From Patescibacteria group bacterium (GTDB lineage: Bacteria; Patescibacteriota; Minisyncoccia; Moranbacterales; UBA2206), in the NCBI GenBank assembly GCA_038063775.1, contig JBBTUK010000009.1, positions 21,379 to 62,796 of the forward strand: a stretch of 41,418 bases of DNA, written 5' to 3'. The notes below the pieces were generated by a model. The model had not been told where the DNA came from and did no database searches. It saw only the letters and a program-made list of their open reading frames with translations. A program made the translations under genes and the position numbers. Below, one piece after another: positions 15,418-22,652 of this stretch; within the stretch, counting starts at the first letter, position 1; every line of letters begins with the position of its first letter.

Positions 15418-17793
15418 TCAAGTGGCCGTTAGCGTCATACCAATGGAATAGCTGTCCGCTTGTTGCTGGGCCGGTATATCCTGGGTCAGCGCCACGCCCG
15501 TAAAGTCCCAGTAACAGCCAAAGGAGGTGGTGGACGTTAGAAGAGTTACACTGTTGCCCGCGTCAAAATAGGCAGCTGATCCTTTGGATGGTGAGACGGC
15601 GCCGCAACCCCCCTCCGGCGTTATTGTTCCCGCGCTGGGATCCACCCTTAGCCGGCCGTTAGCCGCCGTGTCATTGAAATCATAATTATAGGTTGCGCCT
15701 TGCCAAAGAGTCGAGGCGCCGCCGGTCGCTGCAATCGTAAGGTTCCAGTTTCCATTAGCTGTAGTATTGGTCAATCGAATTTTCTGGCTGGCCACGCCGA
15801 GCGTTCCAGCGGAGGTCTGTCCCACCCAGTCGAACGTTTCGGCGGAAAAAGAAACGGACGGACTGCCCACCGGTGTACCGCCCGAATCCACGATGTCCAC
15901 TGACAGCGTACCCGCAGAAAGCGTGATGGTCCCGGAAGAATAATCATTCACTTGGGAATTCACTCCGTCACTGACCAAGCCGTAGACATAATAGCTGCCC
16001 GCCGACATGCCGGCCGTATCCCAGGAACAAGTCGCTCCCGTGCCTTCGCCCGCCGAGGCGCAAGCACCCGTAATGGCCGTACCGTCCAGACCCGAACCAT
16101 TGGAATCCCAATAAAAGACCGCGTTAACGATGTTGTCAGAATCAGCCAAATCATAAGTGATGTTATACAGAGTGCCGATGGGCACGCTGTCACTCACCCC
16201 ATCCGGCTGGCTGACGGTGAGCGTCGGCCGGGCGTTGATGGTCACCACTCCCGGTGAATAGTCGCTGACTTCAGTGTTGACCGTGTCATTGACATCCCGG
16301 CCGTAAATATAATAAGTGCCGGGCGAGACGCCGGTCGTGTTCCAGGCGCAAGTGCCGCCCGAGGCTTCGCCCTGGTTCTGGCAGGCGGCAATGGAAGTGC
16401 CGTTGAGCCCCGTACCATCCGTGTCGTAATAGAAATCCACGGTAACCGTGCTGTCGGTGTCGGCCAGATTGTAAGTTATGTAATTATAAGTGCCGTCCTG
16501 GGCGATGGTATCACCGGTGCCGTCAGGCTGAGTGACAGTTAAAGTCGGCGCGTCGTTGATCCGGATCCGGCCGGTTGAAACATCAACGACATCCGGATTC
16601 ACTCCGTCATTGGCCACGCCATAAATATAGTAATACGTACTGAGACTCATGCCCTCGCCAAGAGGGCTGAAGGAACATGTTGCGTTGGTTCCCTCAATTT
16701 GGTTTTGACAGCTTGAGATGGCCGTGCCCCCGGCTCCGTTGCCGTCCGTTTCATAGTAAAAATCGGCGGTAGCGGTTCCCGCGTCGGCCAAGTCATATTG
16801 GATCTGGTAATTGCCTCCGTCCGCTACGTCCGTGTCCGAGGCTGGATTATCCACCGTGACGGTCGGCGGAGTATCTGCATAAGGTCTTAAAGCCAAGGTG
16901 ACCGCCGTCCACGAATCGCTTGTGGTGGTCGTGCCCCCACCGGCAAATGCCGCCGGATCATAGGCGCCGGAAGACCAGGTCGTATACCCGGCTCCGACCA
17001 TGCCGTCTTGGGTGTCATTCCCATTTGCCGCGCGGAAATCAGTGAGATATGACGCGGTGTAATTGCCGCCCGTTGAGCCGGATCCGGCGCCGGCTACATA
17101 AATCCACGCTCCGGAGGAAGTGGGCGTAATCGCCCCCGGATTTACAACCCGAGTATTTATCGCTCCGGCAGTGACTGCCGCGACATCAAGGGGCGTGCCT
17201 GCATCAACATTCCGGAACACATGAACAGACCAGGCGCGGCCGCCAGACGCGTCGCCGCCCGCGAGAATCACCGAGGTTTCCGGCGTCCCCGGCATAAACC
17301 GATACGCCACTCGGAGATTTGAGTCGTAAGAGTCGTTCTGATACAGCTCCGACCCGGCCAGTGTGTAGGCCGTTCCCCCACTATTATTGATCGTCAGCGC
17401 CTTGTTGGCTGTGTCCCCATTGGAAAACGCGACAATGACCAGATCGTCGGCCGCTGGCGTTGAAGCACTGCCGTTGGTGAGCGAAAAATTAACCGTCGTG
17501 TTGCCGCTAACACCGGCAGAGCTGCCCACCTGGCCTCCCACATAGGATACTGCCGCCAGAGCGGTGTGAATCCTTAACTTTTCCGGCAAATCCCGGATAG
17601 ACGCGTATTTATCCACGATGTCCGAACCGCTATCTTTTTGCGTAAGCCAAATTCTGTCCACGATTCCCCGGGTGCTGATGTAGGAATCTACCAGGGTCTT
17701 TACGAGATAAAAAGAGGCGTTGGAAAAAACCAGTCCTGTAATTACCAGAAATACTACCAGGAATCTGAATATTTTTCCGCTTCGTTTGCCCAT
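15418..17793 (-). CDS. large membrane-anchored surface protein: N-terminal TM, unknown ~280-aa domain, 3 tandem ~105-aa repeats, C-terminal WxL-like module
   Basis: 791 aa. The C-terminal 164 aa (GTLSVDIVDSGGTPV...NWNLTIAAT...CYWDFTGVALTQDIPAQQQADSYSIGMTLTAT) are paralogous to the two small proteins downstream. The TGA stop lies within the TCAA flank of the GIY-YIG element. Confidence 0.8.
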   Translation of the reverse strand: MGKRSGKIFRFLVVFLVITGLVFSNASFYLVKTLVDSYISTRGIVDRIWLTQKDSGSDIVDKYASIRDLPEKLRIHTALAAVSYVGGQVGSSAGVSGNTTVNFSLTNGSASTPAADDLVIVAFSNGDTANKALTINNSGGTAYTLAGSELYQNDSYDSNLRVAYRFMPGTPETSVILAGGDASGGRAWSVHVFRNVDAGTPLDVAAVTAGAINTRVVNPGAITPTSSGAWIYVAGAGSGSTGGNYTASYLTDFRAANGNDTQDGMVGAGYTTWSSGAYDPAAFAGGGTTTTSDSWTAVTLALRPYADTPPTVTVDNPASDTDVADGGNYQIQYDLADAGTATADFYYETDGNGAGGTAISSCQNQIEGTNATCSFSPLGEGMSLSTYYYIYGVANDGVNPDVVDVSTGRIRINDAPTLTVTQPDGTGDTIAQDGTYNYITYNLADTDSTVTVDFYYDTDGTGLNGTSIAACQNQGEASGGTCAWNTTGVSPGTYYIYGRDVNDTVNTEVSDYSPGVVTINARPTLTVSQPDGVSDSVPIGTLYNITYDLADSDNIVNAVFYWDSNGSGLDGTAITGACASAGEGTGATCSWDTAGMSAGSYYVYGLVSDGVNSQVNDYSSGTITLSAGTLSVDIVDSGGTPVGSPSVSFSAETFDWVGQTSAGTLGVASQKIRLTNTTANGNWNLTIAATGGASTLWQGATYNYDFNDTAANGRLRVDPSAGTITPEGGCGAVSPSKGSAAYFDAGNSVTLLTSTTSFGCYWDFTGVALTQDIPAQQQADSYSIGMTLTAT
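15913..16869 (-). repeat. three in-frame tandem ~315-bp coding repeats (aa ~309-627)
   Basis: The repeat units are PTLTV(T/S)QPDG...Y(N/D)LAD.D....V.FY(Y/W)D..G.G..GT.I..C......G..C.W.T.G...G.YY.YG...D.VN, each with two conserved Cys. Confidence 0.8.
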
Positions 17794-17798
17794 GATGC

Positions 17799-18767
17799 TT
17801 AATTTTCGCTGTAGCCGCTTACATAATTGAAGACTTGTTCGGATATTTTTTTCATCAGGTCTTCCGCCTCTCGTTTGTCCCTCCCGCTTACCATTACGGT
17901 CAAGATGTACGGCCGGTTCGGAGCGTAAATGATGCCCGAATCCATATACACATTTTTGTCCTCGGCGACGCCGATTTTGTGGGCATAGACCGTGCCCTCC
18001 GGCAATCCGCCTTTGAGATATTCGTCAAATCGGGTTTCCGAAAGATAAGCCAGGAGCTTTTGGGAACTCTCCTCTGACAGATATGAAGAATTATAAAGCG
18101 CCCGGAAATTAGCCGAGTATTTTTTCGCCCCGATTTCTCCTCCCGCTGAGAAAAAATCACCGGCTCCGAGATGTTCGTAAACATCGTAGATTTCCCTGGT
18201 TTCCAGATTTCTCACCAGGATAAAGTTGGCCGTGTTGTCGGAATCCACCAAAGCGCGGCGGACCAGATCTTCGATGGTAAAGATCGAGCCAGTCGGCTCC
18301 TTGAAGAGAGTTCCGAAGCTTTCTTCCTTGTCGGCCGCCATCAGAACCAGTTTATTGTCCCATTTCCATTCGCCCTTTTCAATCTTTTTGGCCACCGCCA
18401 TGGCCACCGGCAATTTGAGGAGGCTCGCCGGCCAGAATTGCGCGTCCTTGTTGATGGAGATATTGGCGCCGGTCGGCAAATATTCGAAATAGATAGATAT
18501 ATCTTTTTGGCCTTCGTATTTATTCAGCTCGTCCCGAAGCGGCTGGATGTTTATGATCAGGTCTTTCTGGTTTACTGATTTTCTAGCCGGATTCAGAAGT
18601 TGAAATTTGTCTTCCGTTTCTTCTGTTTGCTTTTTAGAGCCGTCCTTGATCTGGGTAAAATAGAATATTGTGAACAGATTCAAAACAACCAAAACCGCTA
18701 GAGCGGCAATAAAAAACTTTTGGTTATCAAGCTTTTCCGCGATTTTTTTGTTATTTTTTTCTTGCAT
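17799..18767 (-). CDS. class A beta-lactamase-like serine hydrolase, membrane-anchored
   Basis: It carries SxxK (PASLLKLP), SDN (DSDNTANF) and KxG (HKIGV) motifs. I trimmed the start to ATG 18767 (MQEKNNKK) because the ORF-track start at 18854 lies inside the repeat 18832-18907. Confidence 0.7.
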   Translation of the reverse strand: MQEKNNKKIAEKLDNQKFFIAALAVLVVLNLFTIFYFTQIKDGSKKQTEETEDKFQLLNPARKSVNQKDLIINIQPLRDELNKYEGQKDISIYFEYLPTGANISINKDAQFWPASLLKLPVAMAVAKKIEKGEWKWDNKLVLMAADKEESFGTLFKEPTGSIFTIEDLVRRALVDSDNTANFILVRNLETREIYDVYEHLGAGDFFSAGGEIGAKKYSANFRALYNSSYLSEESSQKLLAYLSETRFDEYLKGGLPEGTVYAHKIGVAEDKNVYMDSGIIYAPNRPYILTVMVSGRDKREAEDLMKKISEQVFNYVSGYSEN

Positions 18768-18831
18768 AGTGATGCTTATATTATACAATAATTTGCCAGA
18801 ATAAGCATTTTGATGATAGTTTATATATATG

Positions 18832-18907
18832 CCCGGTAGTGAAATTTTGACCAATTTCCTCCGGGAGGAAATTTTTATATTATTTAAGTCAAAATTCTAC
18901 TACTGGG
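18832..18907 (+). repeat. palindromic MITE-like element, subfamily A (76 bp), flanked by TATG/TATG
   Basis: Arms are cccggtagtgaaattttgac ... gtcaaaattctactactggg, with an internal hairpin aatttcct-ccgg-aggaaatt. The TATG flanks are at 18828-18831 and 18908-18911, and the second contains the trpS ATG. Confidence 0.85.
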
Positions 18908-18908
18908 T

Positions 18909-19919
18909 ATGAAAAGGATTTTTTCCGGCATTCAGCCGTCAGGCAACTTGCACCTGGGCAATTACCTTGGGGCCATCAAAAACTGGGTCAAGCTTCAAAA
19001 CGAGTATGACTCTATTTTTTGCGTGGTGGATCTCCACGCCATTACTGTTCCGCAAGATCCGGAGGAACTCAAGAAAAAAATCATCGAAGTGGCCAAAATA
19101 TATTTGGCCGCCGGCATAGACCCCAAAAAATCGGCGATTTTCATCCAATCGCATGTCCCCGAACACGCGGAGTTGGCGTGGATTTTGAATACTTTGGCCA
19201 AGATTTCCGAAATGGAACGAATGACCCAATTCAAGGATAAATCGGCCAAGAATAAAGAGGGCGTTGGTATGGGACTGTTCGATTACCCAGTGCTGATGGC
19301 CGCCGATATTCTTCTTTACGATACGCAAGTCGTCCCGGTCGGCGAAGACCAGCTGCAACACATTGAAATAACCAGGACATTGGCCAAAAGATTTAATACT
19401 CGTTTCGGCGAAACATTTGTGATTCCCAAAGCTTATTATATGGAAAATGAAGGAATGCTTGCCCGCCAAAGCCTTGGCGTCGGCGGGAGGATTATGGGAC
19501 TGGATGATCCAGCTAAAAAAATGAGCAAGTCGGCCGAGTCGGAATACAATTACATCGCCCTTACGGATTCCGAAGAAGCGGTGCGCAGAAAAATCAAAAA
19601 GGCCGTGACTGACTCCGGAACCGAAATAAAATATGCTGATGATAAACCGGCACTTAAGAATTTGATAAATATCTATTCTCTCTTGTCCGACAAAAAACCG
19701 CAGGAAATTGAAAAATTATATAAAGACAAAGGATACTCTGAATTTAAAACTGACTTAGCTGAAGTAATTATAAATTTCCTGAAACCTTTTCAGGAAAAAT
19801 ATAACGCTCTCTCGGACGAAGAAGTTCTAAAAATCCTCCGGGAAGGCGCGGAAAAAGTTCGTCCGCTGGCTAATAAAAAACTGGAAGAAGTAAAAAATAA
19901 AGTTGGATTTATTTTGTAA
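18909..19919 (+). CDS. trpS: tryptophan--tRNA ligase
   Basis: 336 aa: IFSGIQPSGNLHLGNYLGA (HIGH region) and KMSKS (KKMSKSAES). Confidence 0.93.
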   Translation: MKRIFSGIQPSGNLHLGNYLGAIKNWVKLQNEYDSIFCVVDLHAITVPQDPEELKKKIIEVAKIYLAAGIDPKKSAIFIQSHVPEHAELAWILNTLAKISEMERMTQFKDKSAKNKEGVGMGLFDYPVLMAADILLYDTQVVPVGEDQLQHIEITRTLAKRFNTRFGETFVIPKAYYMENEGMLARQSLGVGGRIMGLDDPAKKMSKSAESEYNYIALTDSEEAVRRKIKKAVTDSGTEIKYADDKPALKNLINIYSLLSDKKPQEIEKLYKDKGYSEFKTDLAEVIINFLKPFQEKYNALSDEEVLKILREGAEKVRPLANKKLEEVKNKVGFIL

Positions 19920-19924
19920 AATTT

Positions 19925-21283
19925 TTATCCCCGCACTAAGATCAAAAGCTCATCGCGTTTCTCTTCCATGAGCTTTTTTGTTTTGGCTTCTACATTCAAG
20001 CGGATCACCGGCTCGGTGTTGGACCCGCGAAGATTAAACCTCCACGCTGGATAGTCAATGGAAACTCCGTCAATTTCATTCAGGACTCCATCATCATATT
20101 TTTCCTTGGCTTTTGCTAAAACTGCTTGGACATCTGTTACTTCATTATTTATTTCCCCGCTTACAAAATATTTTTGCCAAAACATTTCATTCATAATTTC
20201 CGAGAGTGTCCTATTTTGCGTTGACAAAAATTCCAGCATCAAAGCCAGCGGAATCATACCATTGTCACAATAAAAATAATCACGGAAATAATAATGGCCG
20301 CTCATTTCACCGCCGAAAACAGTATCCTCGCCTCTCATTCTTTCTTTGATAAAGGCATGCCCGGCTTTATTGACTATGGTGGTTCCGCCATTTTCCTTTA
20401 CAATGTCTTCAACGGCCCAGGTTAACCTTGGATCGTGAAGAATTGCGGAGCCGGGAAATCTCTCGAGAAATATTTTAGCCAGAAGCGCCGTGATAAAATA
20501 CCCTTCAATAAACTCTCCCTTCTCCGTGAAAAAGAAGCAGCGGTCCGCGTCGGCATCCCAAGCCACTCCGAAATCCGCTCCGTTTTCAACCACTAGCTTG
20601 GAAATTTCTTCCCGGTTTTCCGGAATCAGTGGATCCGGCCGTCCTTTGGGAAAATTTCCGTCTGGCTCAAAATTCATTTTTATTATTTCCGTTTGTGTCC
20701 CCTCTAAAATTTTTTCCAAAGCTTTCCCGGCCATTCCAAAATTCGTGTTGGCGACAATTTTGAATTTTTTAAACTTTGAAAAATCGGCAAAAGTTTTTAC
20801 TTTAACAACATATTCTTCCAAAATATCCCGCTCTTCAATTAATTTCTTTTCTTGTTCATTTAATTCATAATCTTCGTTTCGTGTTTCATAGTTTTTGGCG
20901 ATATCTCTGATTTCAAACAGCCCGGTATCCGAAGAAATTGGCCTTGATCCTTCGCGAACGAATTTCATCCCGTTATATTCTTTGGGATTATGCGACGCGG
21001 TGATGGTGAATCCCCCGGAATATCCATAGCTAGCAACAGCAAAATAAAACATGTCGGTCGAAACTATTCCAATATCAATGACTTTTATTCCGGAATCGGT
21101 AACGGCTTTAATGGCCGCTTTTTTCAAAGTAGCTGATGACAACCTGACATCGCAGCCAATAACCACTTCGGTAGGCTTAACAAATTCCAAATAGGCTTTG
21201 GCAATTCTGTAAACATCCGCTTCATTTATTTCGTTAGGATAGACTCCTCTGACATCATAAGCCCTAAAAATTTGTTCGTTCAT
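19925..21283 (-). CDS. phosphomannomutase/phosphoglucomutase (alpha-D-phosphohexomutase family)
   Basis: 452 aa with the active-site TASHNP and metal site WDADADR. Confidence 0.88.
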   Translation of the reverse strand: MNEQIFRAYDVRGVYPNEINEADVYRIAKAYLEFVKPTEVVIGCDVRLSSATLKKAAIKAVTDSGIKVIDIGIVSTDMFYFAVASYGYSGGFTITASHNPKEYNGMKFVREGSRPISSDTGLFEIRDIAKNYETRNEDYELNEQEKKLIEERDILEEYVVKVKTFADFSKFKKFKIVANTNFGMAGKALEKILEGTQTEIIKMNFEPDGNFPKGRPDPLIPENREEISKLVVENGADFGVAWDADADRCFFFTEKGEFIEGYFITALLAKIFLERFPGSAILHDPRLTWAVEDIVKENGGTTIVNKAGHAFIKERMRGEDTVFGGEMSGHYYFRDYFYCDNGMIPLALMLEFLSTQNRTLSEIMNEMFWQKYFVSGEINNEVTDVQAVLAKAKEKYDDGVLNEIDGVSIDYPAWRFNLRGSNTEPVIRLNVEAKTKKLMEEKRDELLILVRG

Positions 21284-21295
21284 ATTTATTTATTT

Positions 21296-21351
21296 GTCAT
21301 TCCGGACTCGATCCGGAATCTAATTAGATGCTGAACCAAGTTCAGCATGAC
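21296..21351. repeat. compound double-hairpin repeat (REP-like)
   Basis: gtcat + attccgga-ctcga-tccggaat + spacer + atgctgaac-caa-gttcagcat + gac. Two perfect stems are nested in gtcat...atgac. Confidence 0.6.
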
Positions 21352-21363
21352 ATTATTTTATCA

Positions 21364-21392
21364 TTGACAGGACAACTATTACAAGCGAAAAT
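21364..21392 (+). promoter_or_regulatory. candidate promoter TTGACA-N17-GAAAAT upstream of ychF
   Basis: Judged from spacing and hexamers only. Confidence 0.4.
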
Positions 21393-21421
21393 TATATTAG
21401 TAATTAATTACTAGAGAATTC

Positions 21422-22510
21422 ATGAAAATAGGAATCGTGGGGCTCCCCAATGTCGGCAAATCAACGCTTTTTAAGGCGCTGACCAAGGTCCCGGTGGACA
21501 TCAACAATTATCCCTTTTGCACCATCGAACCCAATGTTGGCATTGTTAAGGTTCCTGATGCGCGCTTGGAAAAGCTTGCTAAGTTGTCGAATTCCGCCAA
21601 GATCATTCCGGCCATCGTGGAATTTGTGGACATCGCCGGACTGGTTAAGGGTGCGTCTCTTGGCGAAGGCTTGGGTAATAAATTTCTGGCCAACATCCGC
21701 GAGACGGACGCTATTGTCCAGGTAGTTCGGGTTTTCGAAAATGAAACTATCACGCATGTCCATAATAAGATTGATCCGGAACACGATATTGAAATAATCA
21801 ATATGGAGCTGATTCTGGCTGATCTGGAGACGGTCCAGAAAACACTGGTACGCTTAGAAAAAGAGGTGCGCGGTAATAAAAAAAGCGCTCAAGAACAATT
21901 GAGCGCGGTAAAAAAAATCAAAGAAACTTTGGAAGCGGGAAAACTGGCTAACGAAACTTTCTTAGACTACGCGGAAGAAAACACCAAGCAAATCGTGCGA
22001 GAAATTTCGCTTTTGACTATAAAACCGTTTTTGTATGTTTATAATGCTTGCCCCGTTAAATCCGACGAAGTCGGTGCGGAGCTATTTAACGGGGTTTATT
22101 ATAAAATTCCTGAAAAATTAAAAGCGAAAAAGAACTTTGTTATTTTAGATATTAAAATTGAAGAAGAGCTGATCGAAATGTCAAAAGAAGAAGCGGCGGA
22201 AATGGGAATCAAATCCAACATTGATTCTTTGATCGTGGAAGCTTACAAGCTGCTCGGACTGATTACCTTCCTTACGACTGGAGAAGACGAAACTCGCGCC
22301 TGGACCATCAAAAAAGGCTCTTCAGCCCCTTTGGCCGGCACGGCTATTCACAACGATTTCAAAGATAAATTCATCCGCGCCGAAGTCATCCAGTGGGATA
22401 AACTTTTGGAGGCTGGCTCTTGGGGCAAGGCCCGCGAATTGGGAACGCTCCGGACAGAAGGGAAAGATTATATTGTCCAAGATGGTGATGTTGTAGAATT
22501 CAAAATCTGA
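21422..22510 (+). CDS. ychF: redox-regulated ATPase YchF
   Basis: 362 aa: MKIGIVGLPNVGKSTLF (G1), DIAGLVKGAS, and a C-terminal TGS-like region ...RTEGKDYIVQDGDVVEFKI. Confidence 0.93.
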   Translation: MKIGIVGLPNVGKSTLFKALTKVPVDINNYPFCTIEPNVGIVKVPDARLEKLAKLSNSAKIIPAIVEFVDIAGLVKGASLGEGLGNKFLANIRETDAIVQVVRVFENETITHVHNKIDPEHDIEIINMELILADLETVQKTLVRLEKEVRGNKKSAQEQLSAVKKIKETLEAGKLANETFLDYAEENTKQIVREISLLTIKPFLYVYNACPVKSDEVGAELFNGVYYKIPEKLKAKKNFVILDIKIEEELIEMSKEEAAEMGIKSNIDSLIVEAYKLLGLITFLTTGEDETRAWTIKKGSSAPLAGTAIHNDFKDKFIRAEVIQWDKLLEAGSWGKARELGTLRTEGKDYIVQDGDVVEFKI

Positions 22511-22517
22511 TGGGGAT

Positions 22518-22553
22518 GCCTGCCTCGTAGCAAGCCCTGCTTTGCTACTGGGG
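22518..22553 (+). repeat. conserved hairpin motif, copy 1
   Basis: gcctgcctcgtaGCAAgccctgctttgCTACTgggg. A second copy lies at 40638-40673, with covarying stem positions. Confidence 0.6.
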
Positions 22554-22579
22554 TGATTGAATTTAAGATTTAAACTTGA

Positions 22580-22652
22580 CCCCGTAGTAGATTTTCGGCT
22601 TTTATTTTTTTCAGCCCCGCCGCGGCGGGGCGACCGAAAATTCACTACGGGG
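22580..22652 (-). repeat. palindromic MITE-like element, subfamily B (73 bp), flanked by TTGA/TTGA
   Basis: Arms are ccccgtagtagattttcggc ... accgaaaattcactacgggg, with an internal hairpin gccccgc-cgcg-gcggggc. It is approximately the reverse complement of 2554-2625. Confidence 0.85.

Noticed and set aside
13573-17793. The higher G+C of the WxL-like genes, considered as evidence of recent horizontal transfer
   Set aside because: The proteins are extremely rich in Gly, Ala, Thr and Ser, whose codons are GC-rich. Composition alone cannot separate amino-acid bias from foreign origin without codon-position statistics, which I cannot compute here.
18768-18854. N-terminal extensions proposed by the ORF track: 18854 for the hydrolase, 39592 for the amidase, 25542 for the small protein, 30989 for the response regulator, 27912 for the RodZ-like gene and 24246 for efp
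   Set aside because: The extensions run into repeat arms, a promoter -10 box or the neighbouring gene. They encode implausible sequence, and internal ATGs give canonical N-termini.
21398-21413. The 16-bp perfect palindromes TAGTAATTAATTACTA (21398-21413) and TTTAGTAATTACTAAA (38709-38724), considered as a shared operator
   Set aside because: The half-site spacing differs by 4 bp, and such AT palindromes are expected by chance in AT-rich intergenic DNA. I did not call them as a regulon motif.
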